From: a virus
Virus record (IMG/VR): IMGVR_UViG_3300045988_042242
Location: 1 to 58,857 of that record
DNA length: 58,857 nucleotides
Strand: one strand, 5' to 3'
Shown here: positions 15,175 through 23,579 of the stretch, piece by piece
How positions within the stretch are numbered: position 1 is the stretch's first letter
Layout of the letters: every line of letters begins with the position of its first letter
Notes under the pieces: model-generated
What the model was told of the DNA's origin: nothing
The model's database searches: none
Seen by the model: the letters and a program-made list of their open reading frames with translations, nothing else
Translations under genes and position numbers: made by a program

Positions 15175-15675
15175 TCAGACGTTGTTCAGCGTTGCGGAAC
15201 GGTTCGCGTATCTGAACGGCGTGAAGTGAACGATGACACCGTTGAAAGTCGCGTCTTCCTTGTTGCGCTGCTTCCAAAAGAACCAATCTTTGAAGTCATC
15301 GACAGTCGTGCCGTCATTCTTAGCAAGTAGTTCAATTTCGTCTGCTGACAGATACCTGTCTTCGATGCACACGGAAAGACCGTCATCGTCTGCTGAATAG
15401 TTCATCGCTATGTGTTCGACACCGATTTCTTCGTCTGTGTTATAGACTTCGCGCTGCTTTGAACGGCGCGGCACGCCTGACCATTGACGCACTGACAGAA
15501 CGTAATTGCCGGTGCGCATCTTTTCTGCGTTCACCGCCCACTGGTCATAATTCGCGCGTATCGTGTGAAGTTTCTCACCGTTGATGAGCTTCGATGCGAA
15601 GTGCGTCTGTTCTCCGTGCCTTTTATGCACTTTCGGGTATGCTTTCGATACCACGATATTTATCTTTCTTTTCAT
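15175..15675 (-). CDS. Hypothetical protein, possibly ASCH/PUA-like (tentative)
   Basis: 166 aa ORF. The weak resemblance (KLHTIRAN...W) is by memory only. Confidence 0.35.
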   Translation of the reverse strand: MKRKINIVVSKAYPKVHKRHGEQTHFASKLINGEKLHTIRANYDQWAVNAEKMRTGNYVLSVRQWSGVPRRSKQREVYNTDEEIGVEHIAMNYSADDDGLSVCIEDRYLSADEIELLAKNDGTTVDDFKDWFFWKQRNKEDATFNGVIVHFTPFRYANRSATLNNV

Positions 15676-15705
15676 AAAACGTCATATTTTTGATTTACCG
15701 CTGTT

Positions 15706-15918
15706 TTACTTGTTTGTATAGTCAAACATATTCTGCTGCTTCTGAATTGCGTCAGGTAGCGCGACAATCGCTTCCACGCGCTTTATTTCTTCGTCCACCT
15801 TACTTTCAAGTATCTTGCTTTGCTGTAAGTCTGATTTCCGGCGGTTCTTGAAGTATTCGCGCTGATAGGCTCGCATACGTCTGACAAGTTCAAAGAATTG
15901 TCTTGCGTCCATATTCAT
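15706..15918 (-). CDS. Hypothetical protein (70 aa)
   Basis: ORF abutting the MazG gene (stop/start adjacent at 15918/15919). Confidence 0.5.
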   Translation of the reverse strand: MNMDARQFFELVRRMRAYQREYFKNRRKSDLQQSKILESKVDEEIKRVEAIVALPDAIQKQQNMFDYTNK

Positions 15919-16245
15919 TTAGCGATTATCACCACTTCCTGACAGTTTTCCGCGCCGTTGACGTGATGCAAGTTTGTCGATGTTCATCTGCGCCACTTCT
16001 TCAAGACTGAAGCCGAGGTCGTGCGACAGGGTAGCACAGTACCAAAGAACGTCACCGATTTCTTTTGCGATTTCGCGTTTTCTGTCATTTGTGAAGTCCT
16101 GATTGTTGTCGCGAATGACTTTCTTGACCTTGTCTGCGACTTCTCCTGCTTCGCCGCACATACCAAGTGCCGGATAAATGATACGCTTGTCTTCGGGATA
16201 GACAGCCGTTGTCAGTGCTGCTTTCTGATATTCGTTGATTTCCAT
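15919..16245 (-). CDS. MazG-like nucleotide pyrophosphohydrolase
   Basis: 108 aa. LGMCGEAGEVADKVKK and EIGDVLWYCATL (EEXX(E/D)-type helices). Confidence 0.8.
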   Translation of the reverse strand: MEINEYQKAALTTAVYPEDKRIIYPALGMCGEAGEVADKVKKVIRDNNQDFTNDRKREIAKEIGDVLWYCATLSHDLGFSLEEVAQMNIDKLASRQRRGKLSGSGDNR

Positions 16246-16333
16246 TGCTGTTTGATTATTTATTGTTGTTGATTGTGACCGAGTGCGAAGTCATCGGTAC
16301 GGTTCAACAACTTCATACACCGGTCTGTTTCTG

Positions 16334-16768
16334 TCATTCTGAAAGTTTCGCTTTGAACACGTCCATGATTGCGGTTTCCGTGATGCCGATAATCTCGAAG
16401 TCTGCCATTGTGCATTTCATGCCCTGCATGAAGTTGTCGTATGCGCTCTTGAAGTCGCTTGCCTGTACCATGAAGACGGTCTTGCTGCGCTTTTCTGCGC
16501 CGGTCTTTTCGTTGATAGTGATGAAAGCTGCTTTGACCTGATACCAACGGTCACCGCTTGCGTCCCAAAAGATTTCAGACACTTTCGACTTGTTGACAGC
16601 CGACACGGTGAACTCGCCGCTGATGTACGGCGTTACTTCTTCGATGATACGTGCTTCTGCTTCTGTGAATGAAAGCGCATCAACAAGATACGGTTCTGTT
16701 ACTTTCTTGATTGCTCCGTTCTCCATTGTCTTGTCAAATCGAACGGAAGTTTTAATCCATTGTTCCAT
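16334..16768 (-). CDS. Hypothetical protein (DUF4494-like, tentative)
   Basis: 144 aa ORF. The family name is recalled from Bacteroidota proteins of this size and pattern and is not verified. Confidence 0.4.
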   Translation of the reverse strand: MEQWIKTSVRFDKTMENGAIKKVTEPYLVDALSFTEAEARIIEEVTPYISGEFTVSAVNKSKVSEIFWDASGDRWYQVKAAFITINEKTGAEKRSKTVFMVQASDFKSAYDNFMQGMKCTMADFEIIGITETAIMDVFKAKLSE

Positions 16769-16807
16769 TGTTTTTTTGATTTTAGAAGTTATTAAATGAT
16801 TTTGCTT

Positions 16808-18499
16808 TTATGCTGGTTGCTTGATTTTACGCTTGTATAGTTCTGCACATAACGCTTCGCACCACTTTCGAGCGATAGTCACTTCAACTGCGTTGCCGAT
16901 AAACTTCTTCTGGTCTGCCTGTGTGCCGATTAGTTCATAATCTTCAGGGAAGCCCATTATCAGTTTCAGTTCTTCAATCTTCAACATACGCATAGTGATG
17001 TCTATGATGTTGTACATCGCCATAAATTCTTTGATTTTGACCGTCATCGGACTGTCAGTTTCATAGATTTCAATAGCGACTTCACCTGTTTCAGTTGTAA
17101 CGAGATACGGCGGCATCTTATCCATGCGTGCGATGAGCGTGAAACACGGCGCATCAATAGACCCACCATGCGAAGCAAATTGTGGGTTCATCAGATAGTG
17201 ATGTTTGCGATTTGCTGTGATGACACGCGATGGTTCATCAATCGAACTGCCGACATTTCTGAAATTAGTGTCCATTATCCACGGCTTCACTGTGATAAGT
17301 TTTTGCTTCGGGTTCGTCAGTACAGCCGGGTTCGGCTGTTCGATGCTTGACAGTTGACCGCCGCCTGAATACTCATTCGCGATGAAACGCTTGACTTGCA
17401 CAAGTGCCATTCTGTCTTTTGTCGTAAGCGTTGCCGCCGGTGCTGCGCACGATGTATTGAAGCCATTTCCGTAGTGAACTGATACAAATGCGTGATGGTC
17501 TATTGTCGTGATAGTTCCTGCCGGTTCTTCAACAGATATGTTCTTGTCATCAGGTGAACCGCTGAATTGCTTTGACAGAAACGACACTGATGCAAGTGCA
17601 AGTCGTCCTTGTGTCGCAACAGTAGGGCAAGGTTCATCGAGTGACGGCGGCACATACTTACCGCGTTGGTTCATTGAATTGTACTTTACCATAAAAGCAT
17701 CTTTGCCCCCTGCAACAAACTTTATCAGTCCGGCATATATGCGTTCAAGCGTCTTTTCTGCAAGCGGCTTCTTGCGGTCGAAGATTGATTTGCCTTCATC
17801 TTCAAAGTCTAAGACTTCGCGCACAGGCTTCCACGGCTTCAGTGTGCCGAACAAAGTGCGTTCACCTTTCTTGCTGTGCGTCTGCTTCGGGAATACGATA
17901 GGAAGACCATGTTTCGCAAATATGCCGAAGAAGCGTTTGCGCGATGTGTACGCGCCATAATCAGCCGCGTTCAGTATTCTGAAGTCAAAATCGTAGCCGT
18001 ATCGCTTCACCTGATTGCGCCAACGCACATAACAACGTCCACGGTCTTTTGACAGCGGTTTTCCATTTTCATCGAGCGACCCCCACGACATAAATTCTTC
18101 TACATTTTCGATTTGAATATAATCGGGGTCTATTGCTTCGATGTATCTAAAAAGATGTTCAGCAAGCGTTCGACTGTCTGCGTCACGGGGCTGACCTCCT
18201 TTTGCTTTGCTGAAGTTCGTACATTCAAGTGATGCCCACAGAACGACAAGCGCGTCATGGTTCTGCATACGGCACTTCTGAAGATGTGCCACAAGCGGTG
18301 ACAGTTCAAGCGTTCTGATGTCTTCTGTGAAGTGAAGCGCGTTCGGGTGATTTGCTGCGTGTGATGCTATTGCCTTTGCATCGTGATTGACACACGCGAT
18401 GACTTCTGCGCATTGTTCATTATGAAGACGTGCTGTGTTCACGCCGGTAGATGTACCACCGGCACCACAAAACAGGTCTATGTATAGAAGTTGTTTCAT
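16808..18499 (-). CDS. DNA (cytosine-5)-methyltransferase with a large target-recognition insert
   Basis: Motif I DLFCGAGG, motif IV variant SLECTNFS (catalytic Cys), motif VI IQIENVEEF, motif VIII TSRKRFF, motif X GNAVEV. 563 aa. Confidence 0.9.
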   Translation of the reverse strand: MKQLLYIDLFCGAGGTSTGVNTARLHNEQCAEVIACVNHDAKAIASHAANHPNALHFTEDIRTLELSPLVAHLQKCRMQNHDALVVLWASLECTNFSKAKGGQPRDADSRTLAEHLFRYIEAIDPDYIQIENVEEFMSWGSLDENGKPLSKDRGRCYVRWRNQVKRYGYDFDFRILNAADYGAYTSRKRFFGIFAKHGLPIVFPKQTHSKKGERTLFGTLKPWKPVREVLDFEDEGKSIFDRKKPLAEKTLERIYAGLIKFVAGGKDAFMVKYNSMNQRGKYVPPSLDEPCPTVATQGRLALASVSFLSKQFSGSPDDKNISVEEPAGTITTIDHHAFVSVHYGNGFNTSCAAPAATLTTKDRMALVQVKRFIANEYSGGGQLSSIEQPNPAVLTNPKQKLITVKPWIMDTNFRNVGSSIDEPSRVITANRKHHYLMNPQFASHGGSIDAPCFTLIARMDKMPPYLVTTETGEVAIEIYETDSPMTVKIKEFMAMYNIIDITMRMLKIEELKLIMGFPEDYELIGTQADQKKFIGNAVEVTIARKWCEALCAELYKRKIKQPA

Positions 18500-18502
18500 T
18501 GT

Positions 18503-18955
18503 CTAATAATTTTCATTGTCGTATTCGTAGTTCACACATTCATTCGTTGCGTCAGGCATAGGTCTGTCACATCTGTTCTTGATTTGCTGTGCCTTATCAG
18601 ATGACAGTCTGTGTATTTTGTTTGAATACATTTTACATCCGTCTATGTCGCAAATGAAGTCTATATACTTCTGACTGCCGTCACACACATCTTTGTCAAA
18701 CAGGTCACATTCTGCTGCGGCTATCTGTTCGCCGTATTCATTTCGTTCAATATACATTCTGTTGCAGTGTTTGCATCTTACACCGACTTCACTGCGGTGT
18801 TCTTCCTTTCTGCAATGCTTGCACGATGAACACAACGACTGATTGTGTGGGTTCTTCTTGCAACTTAATTCGTGTCTTAATATACCCGCTGCGCTTTTTG
18901 AAATTCTGCTGCAATACGAGCATTTGAATATCGTTTGATTTATGAGCTTTTCCAT
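18503..18955 (-). CDS. Cys-rich zinc-finger protein (150 aa)
   Basis: N-terminal C2HC/C2H2-like finger FKCSYCSRISKSAAGILRHELSC, plus several further CxxC pairs. Confidence 0.5.
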   Translation of the reverse strand: MEKLINQTIFKCSYCSRISKSAAGILRHELSCKKNPHNQSLCSSCKHCRKEEHRSEVGVRCKHCNRMYIERNEYGEQIAAAECDLFDKDVCDGSQKYIDFICDIDGCKMYSNKIHRLSSDKAQQIKNRCDRPMPDATNECVNYEYDNENY

Positions 18956-18958
18956 TGT

Positions 18959-19366
18959 TTACTTAAATATCATTCTGAAAAATCTGCTTGCTTCTATTTC
19001 TGCCGGTGTAGCAAATTCTTCAGGTTTCAGAACTTTCAACAGCTTCGCCGTCCTGTTAGAGTATGATGTCAGGCAATACTCATGCTTCAGGCAAGTTCCG
19101 ATGCTGTCACCAACAGAATAATCAGCATATTTGCCGGTCGTGCGCTTCAACAACGCTTTGTCAATGTCAAGCACAACACACACTTCAAAGTCAACACAGC
19201 CTTTGAGGTATCGCCATGCTTTCTTCGGCTCGTCTGTTGTAAAGCAAAAGCCAACAGATGTTGAACCGCCTTTACCACCGCGATAATGGTCTGTGGTGTT
19301 CGTCAGTGTTTCGCCCGACATGAATTTGTCAAACTCACTTTTTGAACAAAATCTTGTAAGTTTCAT
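18959..19366 (-). CDS. Hypothetical protein (135 aa)
   Basis: ORF in the early operon, overlapping the upstream gene by 4 nt. Confidence 0.5.
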   Translation of the reverse strand: MKLTRFCSKSEFDKFMSGETLTNTTDHYRGGKGGSTSVGFCFTTDEPKKAWRYLKGCVDFEVCVVLDIDKALLKRTTGKYADYSVGDSIGTCLKHEYCLTSYSNRTAKLLKVLKPEEFATPAEIEASRFFRMIFK

Positions 19367-19665
19367 CGTTCTTCGTAGTTTTTACACGGCTTCTTGCGTG
19401 CGGTTATTCGTTTCTGCAACTTGTTACAGTACATAGTTGCATTTGATAAGCACTCATAGTGTCTGCACTGCGAACAGTGCGGTGTCAGAACTTGTGGTAT
19501 GTTGTCATAATCGTCTTGTGTAGCGGTTCTGACTTCAACCCAACCGATACCGACATACTGATGAACCGTACCGTCTTTGATTACGCAATAATCAGCGTCA
19601 ACAACAGACTGCGGCGGTTTGACGCTCATCTTTAACATTGATATTTCTGAAAGTCTGATAATCAT
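19363..19665 (-). CDS. Hypothetical Cys-rich protein (100 aa)
   Basis: ORF with start/stop overlaps on both sides. Confidence 0.5.
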   Translation of the reverse strand: MIIRLSEISMLKMSVKPPQSVVDADYCVIKDGTVHQYVGIGWVEVRTATQDDYDNIPQVLTPHCSQCRHYECLSNATMYCNKLQKRITARKKPCKNYEER

Positions 19666-20078
19666 TTTGCCGCGATATTATAGTTGTCATTGATTACGAT
19701 GTACGGCATACCACCGGGCAACGCTTTCCACAAGTCACGCGGCATCAGGAACTCGACAGCACCTATTGAACGACCAAGACAGACAAGTTTGTCCTGCGTC
19801 TGATGAAAGTCAGTCCACTGATTGCCGTTCTTGTCGATGCACATATTCAGAAAAGACCAACCACATCCACCGGGTCTGTGAAATTCTTTCGGCAGTTGCA
19901 TAAGCATCTGCATGATGTCTTGTTCGTGTTCGGCTATCTTCACACGATTGAAAGCAACTTCGATAAGCACACCTTTCAGCGTGTGTTCTGCTGTGTCTGC
20001 CAAACAGTCTTTGAAGACATCTTCGACATTCTGATGCGTCAGGCGCATCGGTTCTTTGATTGAAATTTCGTCAGTCAT
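19662..20078 (-). CDS. Hypothetical protein (138 aa)
   Basis: ORF preceded by the conserved leader (plus strand catattgcgttga at 20076..20088). Confidence 0.55.
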   Translation of the reverse strand: MTDEISIKEPMRLTHQNVEDVFKDCLADTAEHTLKGVLIEVAFNRVKIAEHEQDIMQMLMQLPKEFHRPGGCGWSFLNMCIDKNGNQWTDFHQTQDKLVCLGRSIGAVEFLMPRDLWKALPGGMPYIVINDNYNIAAK

Positions 20079-20098
20079 ATTGCGTTGATATTTATTGA

Positions 20099-20374
20099 TT
20101 AACCTTTTATTCTGTCATTGAAAGCAAGTCTGAATACATTGTACTGTCTTCCTACGATAACAAATTCAAGCATTTCGTCTTTGTCTGCAACATCGTTGAT
20201 TTGAAGTACCTGGTATTCTTTGCCGTTGATAGTCTTATATTCCAATGCTTCTTCGATTTCTTCTTCTGAAGCATCTGCAAAGTATTTATACAGACTTGCG
20301 ATGATATGCTGCTGCAAATAGTCTGTGCTGTATGCTGCTGCAATCTTTTCTTGATTTCGTAGTGCGTATCTCAT
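20099..20374 (-). CDS. Hypothetical protein (91 aa)
   Basis: Start refined to MRYALRNQEK..., which avoids overlapping the upstream gene that ends at 20377. Confidence 0.45.
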   Translation of the reverse strand: MRYALRNQEKIAAAYSTDYLQQHIIASLYKYFADASEEEIEEALEYKTINGKEYQVLQINDVADKDEMLEFVIVGRQYNVFRLAFNDRIKG

Positions 20375-20376
20375 TA

Positions 20377-20619
20377 TCAGAATAAACTTAATTGTACACC
20401 GTTCTTCTTTTGTTTCTCTACTGTTCGTGCGTAGATAGTGCATTGTGATGTATAGTGACATTGACCGGCTGCTGCTTCTAAATGTGCGCCGTGCCAATCT
20501 TCCCATTCTTTCACGCCGTCTTCTGTCAAAAAACGTATCAACTGCATACAGTTGAAGCCACGTTCTTTGCGCTTCGCATCGTGTAGTTCTACAAGTCCAT
20601 TACTTTGTGGCTTCATCAT
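20377..20619 (-). CDS. Hypothetical protein (80 aa)
   Basis: Start refined to the ATG that overlaps the upstream stop (ATGA at 20616..20619). Confidence 0.45.
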   Translation of the reverse strand: MMKPQSNGLVELHDAKRKERGFNCMQLIRFLTEDGVKEWEDWHGAHLEAAAGQCHYTSQCTIYARTVEKQKKNGVQLSLF

Positions 20620-20945
20620 TTCTTCAGATATTTCACCCACGCATAATGCTTACGGTCATCGAGATAAAGAAGGTCGCGCTGCATATTGTAGGCTTCACAT
20701 TCAAAACTTATGTTTCTGTATGCCTTGTGTGCGTGTCGATATAGGCAAAGTCTTATCGCCCATTCAATGACATACCACAAGTAAAATAACACATAAAGCA
20801 TTTCACGCTGCTGTGCCGTGTGTATCTGCTCATGTCTGATGTCGATGTCTGTCATATTCATTCCTTTGCGGACAAATAGCATCCCGAATAGGTTTATCGC
20901 TTTGAAACCTTTGAATGGTATGATGTCGTTATATATTATCTTCAT
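20616..20945 (-). CDS. Small HExxH-motif protein (putative minimal zinc metallopeptidase) with one hydrophobic helix
   Basis: 109 aa. IRHEQIHTAQQ contains H-E-x-x-H and is followed by the hydrophobic segment MLYVLFYLWYVIEWAI. Confidence 0.35.
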   Translation of the reverse strand: MKIIYNDIIPFKGFKAINLFGMLFVRKGMNMTDIDIRHEQIHTAQQREMLYVLFYLWYVIEWAIRLCLYRHAHKAYRNISFECEAYNMQRDLLYLDDRKHYAWVKYLKK

Positions 20946-21414
20946 TTTGTTCTTCCTTTAGTCTGTTGATAAGTGCATCTGCCGACTTGATTGCTTCATT
21001 GAAGCGAAGTTCAAGAACTGCATCATTCTTGAAGTCTTCTATACCTGTCCATTTCAGATAGAAGTCGCGTATCAACTCATATCTGCGCTGTTCCCAATCA
21101 ATCTCTTTTTTATGTTCAAGCGCAAACATTGGGAACATTCGACCTTCAGGCGTTTCGTACATTGCAGTTCTTAAAGTAAGCGGTTCACAGCACATTCTGA
21201 CTAATACTGTTTCACCGGTGTCTTTCACAACTGCTTTATTGAAAGGTCTATCATTCTGTGAAATTACATATCTTTTGTTTTGTTTCGCATCTGCTCTTAC
21301 TTGTCGCGTGTGTTCAGCGACACATTCCTTGCAGCGGTGTGGATATGACTTCGACATTTCAGACCGTGTTTTCTGTTTGCCGCACACTTCACAAGTTATC
21401 AGGTCATTTTCCAT
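20929..21414 (-). CDS. Zinc-ribbon protein (161 aa)
   Basis: Start refined to MENDLITCEVCGKQ...HRCKECV (CxxC...CxxC). Confidence 0.45.
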   Translation of the reverse strand: MENDLITCEVCGKQKTRSEMSKSYPHRCKECVAEHTRQVRADAKQNKRYVISQNDRPFNKAVVKDTGETVLVRMCCEPLTLRTAMYETPEGRMFPMFALEHKKEIDWEQRRYELIRDFYLKWTGIEDFKNDAVLELRFNEAIKSADALINRLKEEQNEDNI

Positions 21415-21742
21415 CGTTGCCTCCTTTCTGTTCTTTGCGTACTTCTGCGATTGCAGATGCGACAGCGTTGATTTTGTCACGCTCTTTTGCTTCGATGTGC
21501 TTGTGTGCATATACACAGGCTGCTGCATAGATGTCGTGACCAAACTCTTTGTCTTCGTTCATCAAAGAATTGACAAGATGACCCATGTCACGTGATGTTC
21601 CTGCGAAGTGCATATACACTTCGTTCTGTGTTTTGTCAGCCATGATTACTGCTGCTGCGCGGTTCTTACGGTCTTTTTTCGACCACGCTTCACACTGATT
21701 GATGATTTTTTCTGCTTCTTTCATTGCGTTATAATTTGTCAT
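21404..21742 (-). CDS. Hypothetical protein (112 aa)
   Basis: ORF in the early operon. Confidence 0.5.
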   Translation of the reverse strand: MTNYNAMKEAEKIINQCEAWSKKDRKNRAAAVIMADKTQNEVYMHFAGTSRDMGHLVNSLMNEDKEFGHDIYAAACVYAHKHIEAKERDKINAVASAIAEVRKEQKGGNDGK

Positions 21743-21841
21743 TTTTGCTGTCTGCCGCTTCGCCTGCCGCGTTTCAGCGTTTCAGATGATAGTTTGCTTG
21801 GCTGCAACTGTCAAAGTGCGGCAAACAGCGACATTTTCGTT

Positions 21842-22654
21842 TTATCTGCGGCTTTCGCCTTTCAATACTATGATGTTGTATGTCTTGAAGCGGTCTATCA
21901 GGCGACCGAAGTCATCGCTGAATGTTTCTTTCAATCGCTTCATGTCGAGGTTCGTTGTCAGATGCGCAAACTTGCGTCCGTCAATGGCTGTCTGTGTCCA
22001 GATTTCATTTCTTGCGTGCAAGAAGTCTTCGACTATTGTGCGCGTGTCAATACCGTAGAACGGTCTGTTTTCAACACCGATGTCATTCAGACAGATGTTT
22101 ACAGGCTGCGGTCTGAAACCTACGCTGCTTTCTTCGTTGTACGTGTATCTGTCAATGTTGTTGTGCATCGTGAAGTAATTCGTCATCTGCGTCACTGATA
22201 CGTTCTCGAAGAAGTTCGGGTTTTTCGTTTCTCGTAGATACTCGCTGAATATCTGCATGAGCATCGTCTTGCCTGTGCCAACATCGCCCATGATAAGCAA
22301 GTTGTTGTGCAGTTTGTAGTGCTTGTTCGGGAATACTTCTTCAGCAAGCGGGCAGTTGTTGAAGTAGTACAACAGAAATTGAAGTACCTTTCTGTTGTTG
22401 TCATCAATTTCAAATTTTCTGTGCTGCGGTGCAAGACAGATGTTATTCGCGATGTATATCAACAGATTGCAATGTTGCAAATAGATGTCGTGGTTTGTCA
22501 AGTCAGGGAACTGCTTCTGAGCCCTGCGTGACTTTGCAAGCACCGTGTTCGCGATTTGCTGTATTGTCTGCCAACTTTCTTGTGCATCGCGCTTGCGCTT
22601 CGCTTCGACTTCAGCAATCTGTTCTTCTGTTAGTACTTTCTTTTCTTCAGTCAT
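21842..22654 (-). CDS. DnaC/IstB-like AAA+ ATPase (helicase loader)
   Basis: Walker A GDVGTGKTMLM and a Walker B-like ICLNDIGVE. It lies immediately downstream of the initiator gene and is preceded by the conserved leader. Confidence 0.65.
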   Translation of the reverse strand: MTEEKKVLTEEQIAEVEAKRKRDAQESWQTIQQIANTVLAKSRRAQKQFPDLTNHDIYLQHCNLLIYIANNICLAPQHRKFEIDDNNRKVLQFLLYYFNNCPLAEEVFPNKHYKLHNNLLIMGDVGTGKTMLMQIFSEYLRETKNPNFFENVSVTQMTNYFTMHNNIDRYTYNEESSVGFRPQPVNICLNDIGVENRPFYGIDTRTIVEDFLHARNEIWTQTAIDGRKFAHLTTNLDMKRLKETFSDDFGRLIDRFKTYNIIVLKGESRR

Positions 22655-22666
22655 ATTGCGTTGAAT

Positions 22667-23572
22667 TTATTTGTTCTTGGAAATGAAGTCTGCATCATCG
22701 TTGTCATCGTAGTTTACAACTGACTTCTGTTGCTGTTCTTCTGTCTGCTTCGGCTTCGCTACAACTATGTCAGGCAGTTCTTCTTCCCAACGTGCCTGAT
22801 ACAGCCATGTAGATAGATTTGCGTAGTTCGGCTTCCACTGACCGGCTGCTTCTGCTGCTTTGTTGTATTCAATCAGACGTTGAAGTGCCGGCATCAGCAA
22901 AGGCACAATCTTCGTCCAATTCTTATGCTTACGCTTGAAAGCGTCAAATTCTGTATCGTGACCGCGCTTGCGACCTGGGTACGCTTTTCTGAAGACTTCA
23001 AACGCTTCTTCAAGTTTTGAAAAATGCTCGTTTTCACAGTTTTCTTTTTCTTCTATATCTATATCTTTATCTTTATTATTTATATTATTAAATATAAACT
23101 GTGAATTTTCGTCAGAACAACCAAAACAACCATTTGCTTGATTTGCTTGTTTTTTCGTTCTTTTTGTCTGCGCATCATCTTGTGTTTCAGCAATTTCAGC
23201 AAAACAACCATTTGCTTGTTTTAGTTGTTTTTCAGACGTGCTTTCGCTGTCAAAATCAACCAAATCAACCATTTGGTCGTTTTGCTTGTTTTTGCTTGTT
23301 TTTGCTTGTTTTCTTGCGTTCTGATTGCCTTTCGGCGCACCGCCCTTGAGAGCCGCCGCTATACGCTTTTGACGTATCGCTTCTGTCTTCGCTTTTTCTT
23401 CGTCAATCTGTGACTGCATCAGCGAAGTCACGGCTGCAATGGTAGCGTTAGTTGGTCGTACACCCTCAAATGCGTAAGCGCAAACCGAATTAAATGCTTC
23501 AGCCTGCATTTCGACCGGCAGACACTTGATTGCGTACCACCAATCTTTGTGAAAAATGAGGGTATCTTTCAT
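22667..23572 (-). CDS. Replication initiator (lambda O-like role) containing the origin iterons
   Basis: 301 aa. It sits upstream of the DnaC-like loader. DNA iterons and an AT-rich block lie in the middle of the gene (23041..23312). Confidence 0.5.
   Translation of the reverse strand: MKDTLIFHKDWWYAIKCLPVEMQAEAFNSVCAYAFEGVRPTNATIAAVTSLMQSQIDEEKAKTEAIRQKRIAAALKGGAPKGNQNARKQAKTSKNKQNDQMVDLVDFDSESTSEKQLKQANGCFAEIAETQDDAQTKRTKKQANQANGCFGCSDENSQFIFNNINNKDKDIDIEEKENCENEHFSKLEEAFEVFRKAYPGRKRGHDTEFDAFKRKHKNWTKIVPLLMPALQRLIEYNKAAEAAGQWKPNYANLSTWLYQARWEEELPDIVVAKPKQTEEQQQKSVVNYDDNDDADFISKNK
23041..23312. repeat. Putative origin of replication: AT-rich block plus iterons
   Basis: AT-rich block at 23041..23100. 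19-bp repeats caaaacaaccatttgcttg at 23122..23140 and 23200..23218, and a degenerate copy caaatcaaccatttggtcg at 23261..23279. Three tandem tttgcttgtt units at 23281..23310. Confidence 0.55.
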
Positions 23573-23579
23573 AGTTCAA

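Noticed and set aside
16260-16547. 95-aa minus-strand ORF partly filling the gap between the MazG gene and 16334..16768.
   Set aside because: It overlaps 16334..16768 out of frame and is extremely His/Arg/Gln-rich, so it is probably non-coding. The 88-bp gap at 16246..16333 is left unannotated.
23101-23312. Short regularly spaced repeats that could be mistaken for a mini CRISPR array.
   Set aside because: There are only 2-3 copies with unequal spacing. They lie inside a continuous CDS next to an AT-rich block, and no cas genes are present. Iterons of an origin are the better explanation.
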